Shown here piece after piece: positions 10,308 to 23,645 of a stretch of DNA of 64,000 nt (its first letter is position 1; the number at the start of each line of letters is the position of its first letter). The position numbers were made by a program, and so were the translations under genes. The notes under the pieces are model-generated. The model did no database searches and was not told the origin of the DNA. It saw only the letters and a program-made list of their open reading frames with translations. This stretch comes from Octopus vulgaris (taxonomy: Eukaryota): assembly GCA_951406725.2 (NCBI GenBank), contig OX597823.1:40114001-40178000 (forward strand), written 5' to 3'.

Positions 10308-11560
10308 ATGAGGGTTGTATTGAAAGTAATGCAAAAGTGTCCATAATATTTTTATTAGTTTATACTGGTCATTCAAACCTGTGTTTGCTGGAATGTAACG
10401 TTTTCTATATAGTAAGTCTCTTCCCTCTCCTTCATTGTAGGACAAATAATGTGCTGTCATTGAGTTTTCAATGAAGGGTGGGTATAAGGTGTCTGATATC
10501 CGTTGAGAGCAACAGTTTATTTACAGAGATGACACCATTGACAAGAGCCATGTGCCCAGTTAGTTGAAGAATTTATAAAAGAGGGAAACCAGCATTGAAG
10601 ACAAACAACACAGTGGAAGAGCATCAACTAAGACTGCTGACATGAAGTGCCAATGAGTGAATGAATTAATTTGCATGGTACAAATGGTACATGAGCCACA
10701 ATCCATGAGCTTGTTGCACAAATGGACCATGGTCACAATGCATTTCAGAAGATGGTGGAAGACGGTCTATCAAAAAGTGTGAGTAAAGTGGGTAACTTGG
10801 CAGTTGGGATTCAATTTGAAAGGGAGAAGTGTGGAAGTTTGGTCTGATCTGGAAGCATTTGAAGTCATTGAAGACCTGTTATTTTCTCTTGAAATGGTGG
10901 CTGGGAATGAAACATGACTCACACCATGAAATGGTCATAGTTCTCCTTGGCTTAAGATATTCAAGAGCTAACGATTGGCACAGGGAAGTTATGGTGATTG
11001 TTTTTTGTAAAGACAAGAGTGAAATTTTTCTTGATTTTCTGGAACATGAGTCTACTATGAGTAGTGAGCTGTACATTGAGACATGAAAAAAAAAAAAAAG
11101 CTTAGAGAAGCCAATAAGAGGAAGAGACCAAAACTAAAATTTTAAAACGATCCTCATTCATCATGACAATATGCAACCATATTCATTTTTGGCCACGAAT
11201 CAGGCAATTATCAAATCAAACTGGCCAGTGATCCTCCATCCACCATATAGCCAGGGACTGGTACTCTCCAATGTCCATCTTTTCAGTTGAATAAAGAATA
11301 GTCTTTGGGAAACAGATCTTTGACACAGATGAGATTAAAATAGTTATGATGAAGTAGCTACAACAGTGCTCACCTGAACTTTTTGAATAGTATTGGAGCG
11401 TTGGGTTTAACAATGGAGCAAATGCACCACTTGTGGTGGAAGTTATATTGAGTAGCTCCTTTGTATAGAAGTAGAATTACTCTTCTAATGAGTAATTTGA
11501 ACAACTTGTCAGACCAAAATGTTATGCCCACTTTTGCAATAAATGAAAACTTAGTCTGTC
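10308..11560 (+). mobile_element. Fossil mariner (Tc1/mariner) DNA transposon, transposase inactivated
   Basis: Fragmented motifs SIEDKQHSGR, VVAGNET (IVTGDETW-like), EVMVIVF, ILIHHDN, HPPYSQGL (HPPYSPDL-like) and GGSYIE*; partial TIR match TAATGCAAAAGTGTCCATAA / TTATGCCCACTTTTGCAATA. Confidence 0.8.
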
Positions 11561-12548
11561 TGGGTCACATCCAGTCATTCAAACTTTACTATTTTCAGCT
11601 TGATACAGATCATCACATATTTTCTTTATTTCCATTTCTTCTTTCACTTTCCCTACAATTCTTCATACAATACTATAATGAATATAACTTATAATATTGC
11701 TGTAGTGTGGTTGTAAGTTATGTATTCTTCTTTAGTTATATATCCATTAGTTATATATCCTTCTTTACTGTTTGAGGATAATGACTACACTAAAATTTAA
11801 TTGAATTTTCAAATATTTTATTAATCTGTATCATTAATATTTACAAGTGTGCATTCAATGAACGATGTTCAACAAGCATAACAGTTAAGAATCTTCTGTT
11901 ATATAAGATGCTAAATGATATTATAAAAGTAGTGCCTAGTATTTGATGACAAAATAAATAGAAAAAATGTAAATCACTGCATATAATTAATTAATGTTAC
12001 TTGAAACTACAACTGAAGATTGGTGCCTTTGTTGAGTACAACATAAACATGCTACCTGAAAAAGTGAAAGACAGGGAGAGACCATTTCACTGATCCAAGT
12101 GACATAGATTCCTCTAGGTGGCTGAGTGATACTGGCCTAAGAATAGATTTACCAATTTTTTGTATCTGCAAGCCACTTTTCTGAACCTTCAGTAAAGCTG
12201 TTTGGTGAGGAAACTTCACACTACTTTAAAATTTGTCGTATCAACCACAATAAGTCAGTGCTAAGTGGTTGAGCCATATTCACAAAAGCTTTAACAACTT
12301 TTTTGGTGACACTTTTTCTTTTATGGACGTATATTAGGCTATGATTCTGAACTGAGAAAATCTGAGAACCAGGGTTCAAATCTCAGCAGGAGCCATGATA
12401 CACTATAACAGATACATATAACACATATGTTAGAGGCATATAACAATTTTCATACCATAAGATTCAATTGTTGAGAGAAACAGTAGTTCATAAATTAGCA
12501 AGTTTTCCTACCTCACAACAAATAACATGGAATAACCTGAAGTTGTAT

Positions 12549-12780
12549 TCAACTCTTAGCATTTAAACCAGTCTATTAGTTCCAAATATTCTATCTTTTT
12601 TATATTCAAATCAGTCAGATCCTGCTTCTCACACTTACCTTACAATCTCATTCTAAAAATCAAACAAAATCACATCATTGAAATCTTGAAGTTATAAGAT
12701 AATGCATGATTAATTCAAAACAATATGAATAAATAAGGATTACATCTGACAGAATAATCTGCTGAATACTAGAGGATTAA
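12549..12780. mobile_element. MITE-like element with TTAA/CCCTTTAGCATT-type ends (piggyBac-like), diverged
   Basis: Approximately the reverse-complement homolog of 37612-37840. Confidence 0.5.
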
Positions 12781-13900
12781 AAGAGTGAAAGAGTATCACA
12801 TGCACATAATCTGATCAAGTGCTGATGAGCTACATGTTGTATAGTAGCCAGAATATAGTGACATGTCAGGAGTAAACTGATATTCATTTCTTTAATTTGC
12901 AGGTGTCTCCTATGCAAATTAGTTTACAATATTTTAGCTCTACTTTACGTGTATGGTAATAAGAACTTTGTGACTATATCATACTGGCCATCACATTCAA
13001 CAACATCATCATCACCAATGCCACCACTACTAACAGCAGCAGCAGCCGTTCAAGAATTTGGACCTGGAGATCTCCATTTTCAGCGATTTTGAGGGCCACC
13101 TCCCAGTGGTGTCGGGCGTCAATGAAGAGCCCATCGACTACAAGATGACCAATTTTTTTTTTCCAAGGTTTGGGGTCTCCCACCCCTAAGCCCAAGACCA
13201 TCACCTAATCACCCTTACCTGGCTTGTTGCTTAACAACAACAACAGCAGCAGCAGCAGTAGTGGCAATAGTAGCAGCAGTAGCATTTCTACCAGCAGCAG
13301 AAGAAGCACCACCAGCACCACTAGCAGAAGGGGGGAGAAAGAGGTAGGTAGAGGAAAAGGGATTGTAAGAAGATGGAGTTGGAGATAGAGATAGAGGGTG
13401 AGAGGAAGGGACAAAGAGACAGGAAGAAGGAGTGGGTGTGTTATTAGAACATGCAATAATATTTATATACACATACACACAGACACACACATAAACATAC
13501 ACACACAGACACATACACACACACACAAAAACAGACACACACACACACACACACACATACATGCATACACACAAACACAAACATACATACACATTTAGGA
13601 GTGGACAGTATTATGTAGTATCCTTTCTAAGAGAGGTATAAAGCCTGAAATTTGTGGGAGGGGATAATCATTTATATTGATTCCAGTGCACAACTAGTGC
13701 TTATTTTATGGATTGTGAAAGGATAAAAGGTAAAGTGGAGTTCAGTGACATTTGAATGCAGACCATAAAACTGGAAGAATGATTCTGCCAGCTAGTAATA
13801 TTATAGTCAACTTGCATTTATAGCAATGACAATTGATTTTATGAAACGTGTATAATATAAAAGGCTTAAAATACAAATTACCTATTCATATGCATATGCA

Positions 13901-13967
<67 letters not shown>

Positions 13968-13973
13968 CATATA

Positions 13974-14366
13974 CTAGCAGCATCGTCCGGCGTTGCTCAG
14001 GTTTGTTTCGACCCTTTAGAATTGGAATTTTTGAAAAGTAAAAAATTTGCATTATGTAGCTTGTTATTCTCTTTAAGTGAACATTTTTCTGGTTGAAATA
14101 CACCGAAAAATGGCGACACAGCAGTAAAAAAATCGTAAAAAATAGGGATTTTCATAGAAAAAAAGCACCTTTTTAAATGTAAATAATTTTTGGTGTTAAC
14201 ATGGTCCGATTTGAATTTTTTCTTCTATAGAAGGAAAAGCAAGCCTTCTTCTATCATACTCTCGATTTTGGTCAACTTGTGCCGCAGGGTCTCAGAGGAG
14301 ATAGAGTTAGTTGAAGGCTACCAAATCTGCCATACACAGACAACTTCAGCTTTATATATAGAGAGA
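13974..14366 (-). mobile_element. Non-autonomous Helitron-like element
   Basis: Minus strand begins TCTCTCTATATATAAAG and ends with a GC-rich hairpin-like segment followed by CTAG, in an A/T context. Confidence 0.6.
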
Positions 14367-14781
14367 TATATAGGGAGAATTCACAAAAAAAAAAAAGATG
14401 AAGACAGGTGGTGTAGACAACAAACACATATATTAGTATAATGCTCGGGAAGTGAAAAAGTCTTTAACGTTTCAAGCCTACGCTCTTCCACAGAAAGGAA
14501 CACAGAAAGAGCGTGGAAGGTGTTTATAAGCCATTTAAGAAACACACAAAAACCGTTATATTCACTTCAACATTTAAATTTAATTTGTCAAAATATTTGC
14601 GTCGCTTTGAGACCACTACCTGTTCACTGACAAAGTTCTGTGCTGCATCTGAGAAAGTAATAGTTCATGATATATATGTAAGTATGTATATGTGTGTGTG
14701 TGCATGTATGTGTGTGTACATGTATGTGCATATGTGTACATGCATGTGTGCATGCCTATACACATGTATGTATGTATGTAT

Positions 14782-15238
14782 TACCAGTGCCGGTGGCACA
14801 CAAGAAAATCATCCGAACGTGGCCGTAGCCAGTACCGCATAGACTGGCCTCCGTGCTTTGGGGACGTAACAAACACCATCCGATCGTGGCCGTCCGCCAG
14901 CCTCATCTGGCACCTGTGTCGGTGGCACATAAAAACACCATCCGAGCGTGGCCGTCTGCCAGCCTCGTCTGGCACCTGTGTCGGTGGCACATAAAAACAC
15001 CATCCGAGCGTGGCCGTTCGCCAGCCTCGTCTGGCACCTGTGTCGGTGGCACATAAAATCACCCACTACACTCTCGGAGTGGTTGGCGTTAGGAAGGGTA
15101 TCCAGCTGTAGAAACACTGCCAGATCTGACTGGCCTGGTGCAGCCTTCGGGCTCCCCAGACCCCAGTTGAACCGTCCAACCCATGCTAGCATGGAAAACG
15201 GACGCTAAATGATGATGATGATGATGATGATGATGATG
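14782..15238 (+). mobile_element. RTE-type 3' tail/SINE with an internal 62-bp tandem repeat and (GAT)n tail
   Basis: GTGTCGGTGGCACATAAAAACACCATCCGAGCGTGGCCG repeated about 4 times, then TAGGAAGGGTATCCAGC and (GAT)n; the same tail occurs on RTE copies near 19280-19400 and 39050-39230. Confidence 0.65.
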
Positions 15239-16379
15239 TATGTATGTACGTATGTACTTATGTTTGTACGTGAATATTTAGGTAAGTGTGTAGATGTGTC
15301 TGTGTGTGTGTTCATGTTTATGTACATGTGAACGTATGTTTATATACTAATATGTGTCTGTTCAAATTGTATACATGACTGTTACTTTGCTGAAGGTTGT
15401 ATACACACATACACATATACATGCATATGCATATATATATAGACACACACATATGTGTGCGTTTGTCCCTCTCACCACCATTTAATGGTGAATGGATACA
15501 ATGTCTTAGACACATATATATACATATAACCTTACTTATACATATATACAAGTACACACAATCATATAGACACTTACACACACTCACAAATATATGTATA
15601 ATCTCAAAGTATGCACACATATATGCTTATCAATCTATATACATATATATATATGACACTATTTTCAAGGATATTAATATTTAATGAACTTTAATAGTAT
15701 GATGATCTTGATTGTTGTGGGGTGGTTATCTCCCCTGTCAGTGCATAGACATGTGCTTCTTTGTGGCTCTAAGAGTTTTTAACTCTTATTTCTAGCAATG
15801 TAGATGCCACCCTGCACTGTCAGTCACAATTAGCGACAATTGAATTTTTCCTTTTTGGTTTTATATTGTGTATAGCCACCTTCGTTATTTTATATATGTG
15901 TGTGTACATATATATCAGATGCCATGAGAGATCTAAGGTGTAAGTACAAGAGGTGGTCAGACTCTGCATAAGAATAGACAACACACATACACATGCATAT
16001 ATACTGACACACACATATACATACACTCATGTGGTTCAGCTATACTAATTTTATGTGTGATTTGTTTTTTGTTATTGATGAACAAGATATAAATTGATAC
16101 AATTAATGTCAATATATAAATCTTTTCAATTTGTCAAATTAACGCCAAATACCACCACCACCACCACCACCACTACCGCCATATATTAATAGCATCTGTA
16201 TTTTATTAAATTTGGAGTAAAATTTTGACATCGGTTCAGTTTAAAATCAGAAATTTGATGCAGAAAGGTAAAGTTCTCTGAAGCAAAGTTTCTTAACAGT
16301 TAAACAAAATTTCCTTGAAATAGTCATCTATATATCATATTAACATATATACACCGTTGGAAGGCAAGCTGCAGTAGCC

Positions 16380-16710
16380 TTTGTCTCAGAGAAAAATCTC
16401 TTCACAGATATAGGAACATGTGAAATGAACATTGTCCCAGCAGTGACACATGAGAATGCCAGACACATTTTGGTTTCCATGTACCTTGTCAATAAGTGAA
16501 CTTGCTAGTCACATGCCTATGCATATAGTCCATGTTTCCTATATACAGGAAGGGATAGGTTTTGTGTAGGCATGTGACATGTGAGTACATGTCATTTACA
16601 AGGTCAAGGAGATCAAAATACACCTGTGTCTCTGTTAAGGCAATGTTCATCTCCAATATATATTGTTTTTAATGTAGCATGTCTATGAAGAGATTTTTCT
16701 GTCAAACAAA
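16380..16710. repeat. Old, diverged foldback (MITE-like) of about 330 bp
   Basis: Arm matches AGAAAAATCTCTTCA/TGAAGAGATTTTTCT, ATGAACATTG/CAATGTTCAT and GTCACATGCCTA/TAGGCATGTGAC. Confidence 0.65.
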
Positions 16711-17423
16711 AAAGTTGTGTTTGTCAATGATGTATACATATTTTGTATGATACGCAAATGGTTATTTTAATTCAATGCTGTTTCAGCTGTGTATGTTGAA
16801 TTTGTAATTTCTTTGGACTATATCTTTTTTCACTTGTCTTTTGAATATAAGACTTTGTGTGAATAAAAATTAGAATTTGTGTGATGTCAAGCAATAAGAA
16901 AAAAAAGAAAAGAAAAGAAAGCAGCAACACAATTCAACAAAAATAAACACCATTATTCATGACTGAAAAAATGTATTTAAACTAGTGTTATCTGTCATAT
17001 GATATAAAATTTTGGAAGTATATATTTAGTACAAAGAGTAATATCAGGAAACATGACATACATACAATAAATATAATTTATCTTGAATCAAATGTTTTGG
17101 TGGTTATAAAAAAAAATGATGAAATAGTGAATACTAATTTTTAGAAGCAAAACATTTATCACCTTAAAAGGAAATGAAATAAAACAAATTCTTCATTTGG
17201 ATATTTGCCATAAGAATATGTCATTATTTAACTAAATTTTAGGTTTGACTCTGAGGTTAAAGAGGTCACTTTGCAGCCTTGTGGTTTCAGGTTCAGTCCC
17301 ACTGCATGGTACCTTGGGTAAATATCATCCACTCTAATTTTAGGATGACCAATGCCTTGTGAGTGAATATAGTAGAATGTGGAAGAGTGTCATATACATA
17401 CATACATACATACATAAACGTAC

Positions 17424-17485
<62 letters not shown>

Positions 17486-17639
17486 TAATAAATATAAGAG
17501 AATGGTCACTATGTGGCTCATTCTAGCACTAGAAAATCCAAAAGGTTTCAACCACAAAAATACATGTTTCCCATGAAAGTCAGTACGATTGTTAGCTCAC
17601 ACGAACAGGGCAAATAAAAAATAACAAAAATACAGATTA

Positions 17640-17721
17640 TTTTGGGACAATTGTTTCGCTATTAATGAATTAAATGTAATTTTACTTACAAAAAAACCCA
17701 CTTGTAGCTCCTCAGCCAAAA
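17640..17721 (-). ncRNA. Type I hammerhead ribozyme
   Basis: Reverse complement of 18196-18277. Confidence 0.9.
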
Positions 17722-18195
17722 CTATCTGGATGAAATCCACTCAATCACACGCCAGATTTTACCATAACGATAAATACACGTGTGGTTCAATTGATTACAT
17801 CCGACGTTATAATTCAAATGCCCCTACCAACAGCGCGCCAAACTTTCACGGAAACAAATACTACATTTAGATATAAATGTAGCATAATTAAAATTAATTA
17901 ATAAGGGTGAGAGAATTAGATACTAATTTAATAGCATATCTATTCAACACCAAGTGGCCCAGTGCCTCGAGAAACCTGGATTATTATAATATTTTATAAT
18001 ATATTATAATATTTTATACAAAAATAAATATAAGAGAATGGTCACTATGTGGCTCATTCTAGCACTAGAAAATCCAAAAGGTTTCAACCACAAAAATACA
18101 TGTTTCCCATGAAAGTCAGTACGATTGTTAGCTCACACGAACAATGTGTCGGATGTAATCAATTGAACCACACATGTATAATTTCATCCAGATAG

Positions 18196-18277
18196 TTTTG
18201 GCTGAGGAGCTACAAGTGGGTTTTTTTGTAAGTAAAATTACATTTAATTCATTAATAGCGAAACAATTGTCCCAAAA
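18196..18277 (+). ncRNA. Type I hammerhead ribozyme
   Basis: TTTTGG-CTGAGGA-GCTA...TAGC-GAAA-C-AATT-GTC-CCAAAA. Confidence 0.9.
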
Positions 18278-18832
18278 TAATCTGTATTTTTGTTATTTTT
18301 TATTTGCTCTGTTCGTGTGAACTAACAATCGTACTGACTTTCATGGGAAACATGTATTTTTGTGGTTGAAACCTTTTGGATTTTCTAGTGCTAGAATGAG
18401 CCACATAGTGACCATTCTCTTATATTTATTTTTGTATAAAATATTATAATATATTATAAAATATTATAATAATCCAGGTTTCTCGAGGCACTGGGCCACT
18501 TGGTGTTGAATAGATATGCTATTAAATTAGTATCTAATTCTCTCACCCTTATTAATTAATATATATATATATATATATATATGTATCATTGCTATTATGT
18601 TAAACTGATATATGTCCAAATTTGGCCAAATGCATTTTTTTTTCAATATTTATTTTTGCTTGCAATAGCCAGTTCTTTTGGTCAAACTATCATCTCTACA
18701 GCTGCTTCAGATGCCAAGATATCAAAAATTGTCAAAATGTAGTACAACGGTTTCACTATGGAATGGTGAAACTACTTTTTCATTTTCTGAAAAAGCAACT
18801 TTTGGACTTAGGACAGTTTTGCCTAATAACAA

Positions 18833-18889
<57 letters not shown>

Positions 18890-19270
18890 TAACACATATA
18901 CGAATGTGTTTGTATCTGTCCCCCAACAGTGCTTAACAACTGGTGATGCCTTGATTATGTCACGTAAACTAGCAGTTCAGTGAAAGTGACTGATAAATTA
19001 GATACCAAACATGAAAGATAAATACTAGAGTCAATCTGTTTGACTAAACTCATGAAAGCATGGCTGTAGTCTAATGACTGAAACTAGTAAAAGATAGCAG
19101 ATAAAAGATAAAGGCAAACTTCTTCTTCTTCTCCTTCTCCTTTTCCTCCTCCTCCGCCTCCTCCTCATCCGCCCCCTCCTCCTCATCCGCCCCCTCCTCC
19201 TCATCCGCCCCCCCTCCTCCTCCTCCTTCATCATCATCAATATCACCACCACCACCACCACCACCACCAC

Positions 19271-20548
19271 CATCATCATCATTTAATGTCTGTTATCCAT
19301 ACTGTCATGGGCTGGATGGTTTGACCAAGGTTGGTAAGCTGAAGAGCATGGTTTCTATGGCTGGATGTCCTTCCTAACACCAACCACTCCAAGAGTGTAA
19401 TGGGTGCTTTTATGTGCCACCAGCATGAGTGCCAGTTGTGTGACACCAGTATCTGCTACAACTATGATTTCACTTAACTTGAAGGTTCTTTCTTCTCAAG
19501 CACAGCATATTGTCAAAGTTCATTGTCATTTCTTATTGTCTCCGTCAAGCCCAACACTCGAAAGGTGCTTTTTATGTGCCACTGGCATAGTTACCAGTTT
19601 CACAATACCAGCATGGGTGCCAATTACGTAACGCTGACAACGGCCATAACTATGATTTCACTTAGCTTGATGAGTCTTCACAAGTACGGCAGATCACTGA
19701 ATATTTTGGTCCTCCATGAAGCCAAGCATTCAAAGATCATGCTTCACCACCTCATCCCATGTCTTCCTGGGTCTCCCTTGTCAACAGCTTCCTTCTACTG
19801 GTAGAGATCAGCACTTCTTCACACAGCTATCCACATCCATTTGCATCACATGACCATACCAACGCAGTTGTCTCTCTTGCACACCACATCTTATGCCTCT
19901 TATGCCAAACTTTTCTCTCATTACACTTTATCATACATGCACACTGACATTGCACATCCACCGAAGCATACGAGCTTTATTTCTTTCATGCCTACGCATA
20001 TCCTCAGCAGTTACAGCCCATATTTCACTGCCGTGTAGCATGGCTATTTACACACAGGCGTCATACAATCTGCCTTTCACTCTGAGGAAGAGGCCCTTCT
20101 TTATCAACATAAGTTGGATCTCACTGAACCTTGCCCAGCCTATTCTTATTCTAGCACTTGGAGCATCCACCCCCACTACTGACTTAGTCACCTAGGTATT
20201 GGAAGCTATCAACTACTTCTAGTTTTCCCCACTGGCATTTGATGGAGTCTATTTTCTGTACATTTTTAGTATTAATCATACTTGTGCACCTTCCACACAC
20301 AAAAACTAGTTTTGCCGCAAACCTTCCTATGATATTGCTGCACCTCTTATGTGTCCATAGCTTACACTGGTACATCTTATGGAATTTTTACTGATGCCTT
20401 TCCTACAGATCAAGCAGGGCCATCAACCTGGAGAGGTTTGTGAATTGTCTGCTTTCCTACTTACTAAGACTTTGGTTTTTGCTAGGTTAACTCTAAGGCC
20501 CTTCAATTCTAGACTTTGATTCTACACCTGAAACTTCTTCTCTAGTTC
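19271..20548 (-). mobile_element. RTE-clade LINE 3' fragment, degenerate, with (GAT)n tail
   Basis: QCKLWTHKRCSNIIGRF...FVCGRC...LEVVDSFQYLGD; homologous to about 32150-32650. Confidence 0.8.
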
Positions 20549-20708
20549 ATTTGAAAATAATCTCCACAAAATTTTATTAGAAAATGTATTTTTGTTAAAA
20601 GTTACGACACTCATCCTGCACCTCTTCTGTTAACTCTTTCTGTATCTGTCTTTTCTTTCTTTTATTCTCTCTTGTTTCTGTCTATGTGATATAAAGCATT
20701 ACTAGGGA

Positions 20709-20900
20709 AAGCAAGCAAGCAGGCAAACAAGCAAGCAAGCAAGCAAGCTAGCAAGCAGGCAAACGAGCAAGCAAGAAAGCAAGCTAGCAAGCAAGCAAAC
20801 GAGCAAGCAAGCAAGCAAGCTAGCAAACAAGTAAGCAAACAAACAAGCAAGCAAGCAAGCAAGCAAGCTAGCAAGCAAGCAAGCTAGCAAGCAAGCAAGT
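20709..20900. repeat. (GCAA)n compound microsatellite
   Basis: Directly visible. Confidence 0.9.
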
Positions 20901-21300
20901 AACCAACAAATCAACCAACAAGTAATTATTCTATCAGTATCTTTTGCCGAACTGCTAAGTTACGAGAACGTAAACACAGCAACATCGGTTGCCAAGCAAT
21001 GGTAGGTGTACAAACAGACAGGCAGACAGACATACAGACATACAGACATGAAGACACACACACACACACACACACACTCACACACAAATATACACATATA
21101 TACGACAGTCTTCTTTCAGTTTCTGTGTACGAAATCCACTCACAAGGATTTTGTCAGCCTGAAGCTATAATATATATATATCAAAATAAGCAACAGGATA
21201 TCCTGTTGCTTATTTTTATTTCATTCGAGCTGTGTGGATAATACTGGACTGACTTAGCGCTTCAACTTAAGTACCTAATTCAAATGAATCTCAGTTATAT

Positions 21301-21357
<57 letters not shown>

Positions 21358-21636
21358 ACTCTTTTAACTGTTTCAGTCATTTCAATGTGACTATGCCAGA
21401 GCACTGCCTTTTGGTTGAAGAACCCAACCCCTGGACTTATTCTTTGTAAAACTGGTGCTTATCCTATCAATCGCTTCTGACAAACTGCTAAGTTACAGGA
21501 ACATAAACATGCCAACACCAGTTTTCAAGTGATGGTTGAGTGGGGGCAAACACATGCACGAATACGCAATATAGATATATACATACATATATATACACAC
21601 ACACACATACACATATATATGTATATATATACATAT

Positions 21637-21702
<66 letters not shown>

Positions 21703-21707
<5 letters not shown>

Positions 21708-22683
21708 TACATTTACTAATACTAACATTAATTTAGCTACTACCATCCAACCCTCTAGAAATATTAATAACAAGGTTATTGTATCTGAAGTCAATCCCAA
21801 TAGAATTAAATTTATGTCAAGTAACTCTAAGATTAAAAATTCTATATACCAGTGTATAATCAGTACTCGTAATAAAGTACGATTTTACATTGGAAGCACA
21901 TCGTTAGAGTTATCTAAGAGAATTTCTATCCATTACTCAACATTTAGGGATAGAAATAAATGGAATAGTACCGGTCTCAGCAAACTGATTTGGAATTTAA
22001 AAGACCACAATGAACAATTTCATTTGGAATGGTTGATCCTCTCAATTTCGATACCATATGACAAAGGCAAGAAATTCTGTCTTCTCTGCAATTCTGAGCT
22101 ATTTTTCATTATTTTTTCTAAAAATACTCTAGTAAACACGGTTATAGAACGAGCATACAGATGTAAGCATTGGCAAAAACATACTTTTAGTGCATATAAA
22201 TAGTATCTATCATTATATATAGTTTAGACTTTAATTTCCTTTATATTTAACATTCACTATTAATATCCCTACTCTTTCTGTTAGCTACTTATGACGTTAT
22301 ATCATATAACGTTTTTTTAAACAATATTAATAGCGTTCTGTCTATCGCTATACGAATCCATCATTTTTTGCTAAAATGTCGTATTGACAAGTTTCGTTTT
22401 TTCACTTTCCCGAAGAGAAGATTGCATTGTTTATACCTTTTATTCTTTTGAATAAGTATCAGTGGAATTTTTGAAACATATGTAGAAAGAAAAAATACTT
22501 GTTTAAACCTGCGTTAACTCCATTTTTATTCCTATTATTCAAATATTCAACGTAAACACGAAGTTTCAACCTTTATAAACAAGGAGTTACAACATCTTTA
22601 CTTGTGAGATTTTTGCTGCCCTGGTAACTATTCATTCATTTATCCGTGTTAATTGTTAACAAGGTAAAATACACTGATCTATT
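21703..22683 (+). mobile_element. 5'-truncated PLE (same family as 959-3110): GIY-YIG ORF end plus 3' UTR with HHR, between TA-rich microsatellites
   Basis: SEVNPNRIKFMSSNSKIKNSIYQC...FYIG...TGLSKLIWNLK...CLLCNSE...RCKHWQKHTF* aligns with the 1710-3086 ORF; the ORF-track N-terminus (21529-21702) is SINE/microsatellite. Confidence 0.85.
22405..22489 (+). ncRNA. Hammerhead ribozyme with one core substitution (CCGAAGA) in PLE 3' UTR
   Basis: CTTTC-CCGAAGA-GAAGATT...AATTTTT-GAAA-C-ATAT-GTA-GAAAG. Confidence 0.6.
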
Positions 22684-23359
22684 TATATATATATACACAT
22701 ATATGTATATACATACATATATATATACACACACAAACACACACACATATATACATATACATATACATACATATAAATATATATACATATATATATACAT
22801 ACATATAAATATATATACAAATATATACATATATATACATATATATATATGCATGTATATATATATCTATACATAAATATAGATATACACATATATATAT
22901 ACACACATATATATATATATACATACATATATATGTACAAAGATATAAATATATGCATATGCATGTATATATATAAATAGTGAAACTAATAGAAATGAAA
23001 CTATGAAAGTGAAACTATTAACTTATTTACAAACAAGTATATATATATTCATAGTGAGACTAATAAAAATGAAGCTATTCAAAGGGAAACTCTTGAAAGT
23101 GAAACCATATAATAGCGAAACTATTATATTATATTACAATAGAGATGTTATTATTTCACTTTTGTCACGTAATACTGAAACAGTCTAAAAGATTACTCCG
23201 GGTTCATATTAGGCAAGAAGTTGAAAAAGTTTTTGTCCCATGACACCCCATGGACCCCAAGTAAGGCATGTGTAAAATTTGAATGAAATCGGTTGGGTAG
23301 TTCTTGAGTTTTAGTGATGCACACATATACACCAACAGATAGACAGACACACATTGTCA

Positions 23360-23391
<32 letters not shown>

Positions 23392-23559
23392 ACATTATTG
23401 GTGAATTGTTTTAATTTCAATTATCCGCACCAACGCACGGTTGCAACACCATATGGTTGTACCTCCAACCGTGCTGTTTACTGCTGTGATTTTTGCTACT
23501 AAGGTATCGGTTAAACTTTTGATTAATCTACTACAAGATTATTCATCTTTCTATTTCAC

Positions 23560-23645
<86 letters not shown>

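Larger units (their letters stand above)
17487..18560. mobile_element. Second HHR element family: about 537-bp unit (1.2 copies) followed by an inverted partial copy, within (TA)n
   Basis: AATAAATATAAGAGAATGGTCAC recurs at about 17487 and 18024; about 18148-18560 is reverse complement of the unit. Confidence 0.9.

Noticed and set aside
14860-15060. Regularly spaced repeats that superficially resemble a CRISPR array
   Set aside because: The whole 62-bp unit repeats with no unique spacers, it lies in a retroelement tail, the context is eukaryotic and there are no cas genes.
21529-21702. N-terminus of the 224-aa GIY-YIG ORF
   Set aside because: It derives from a SINE fragment and (CA)/(TA) repeats that are in frame by chance; the element starts at about 21703.
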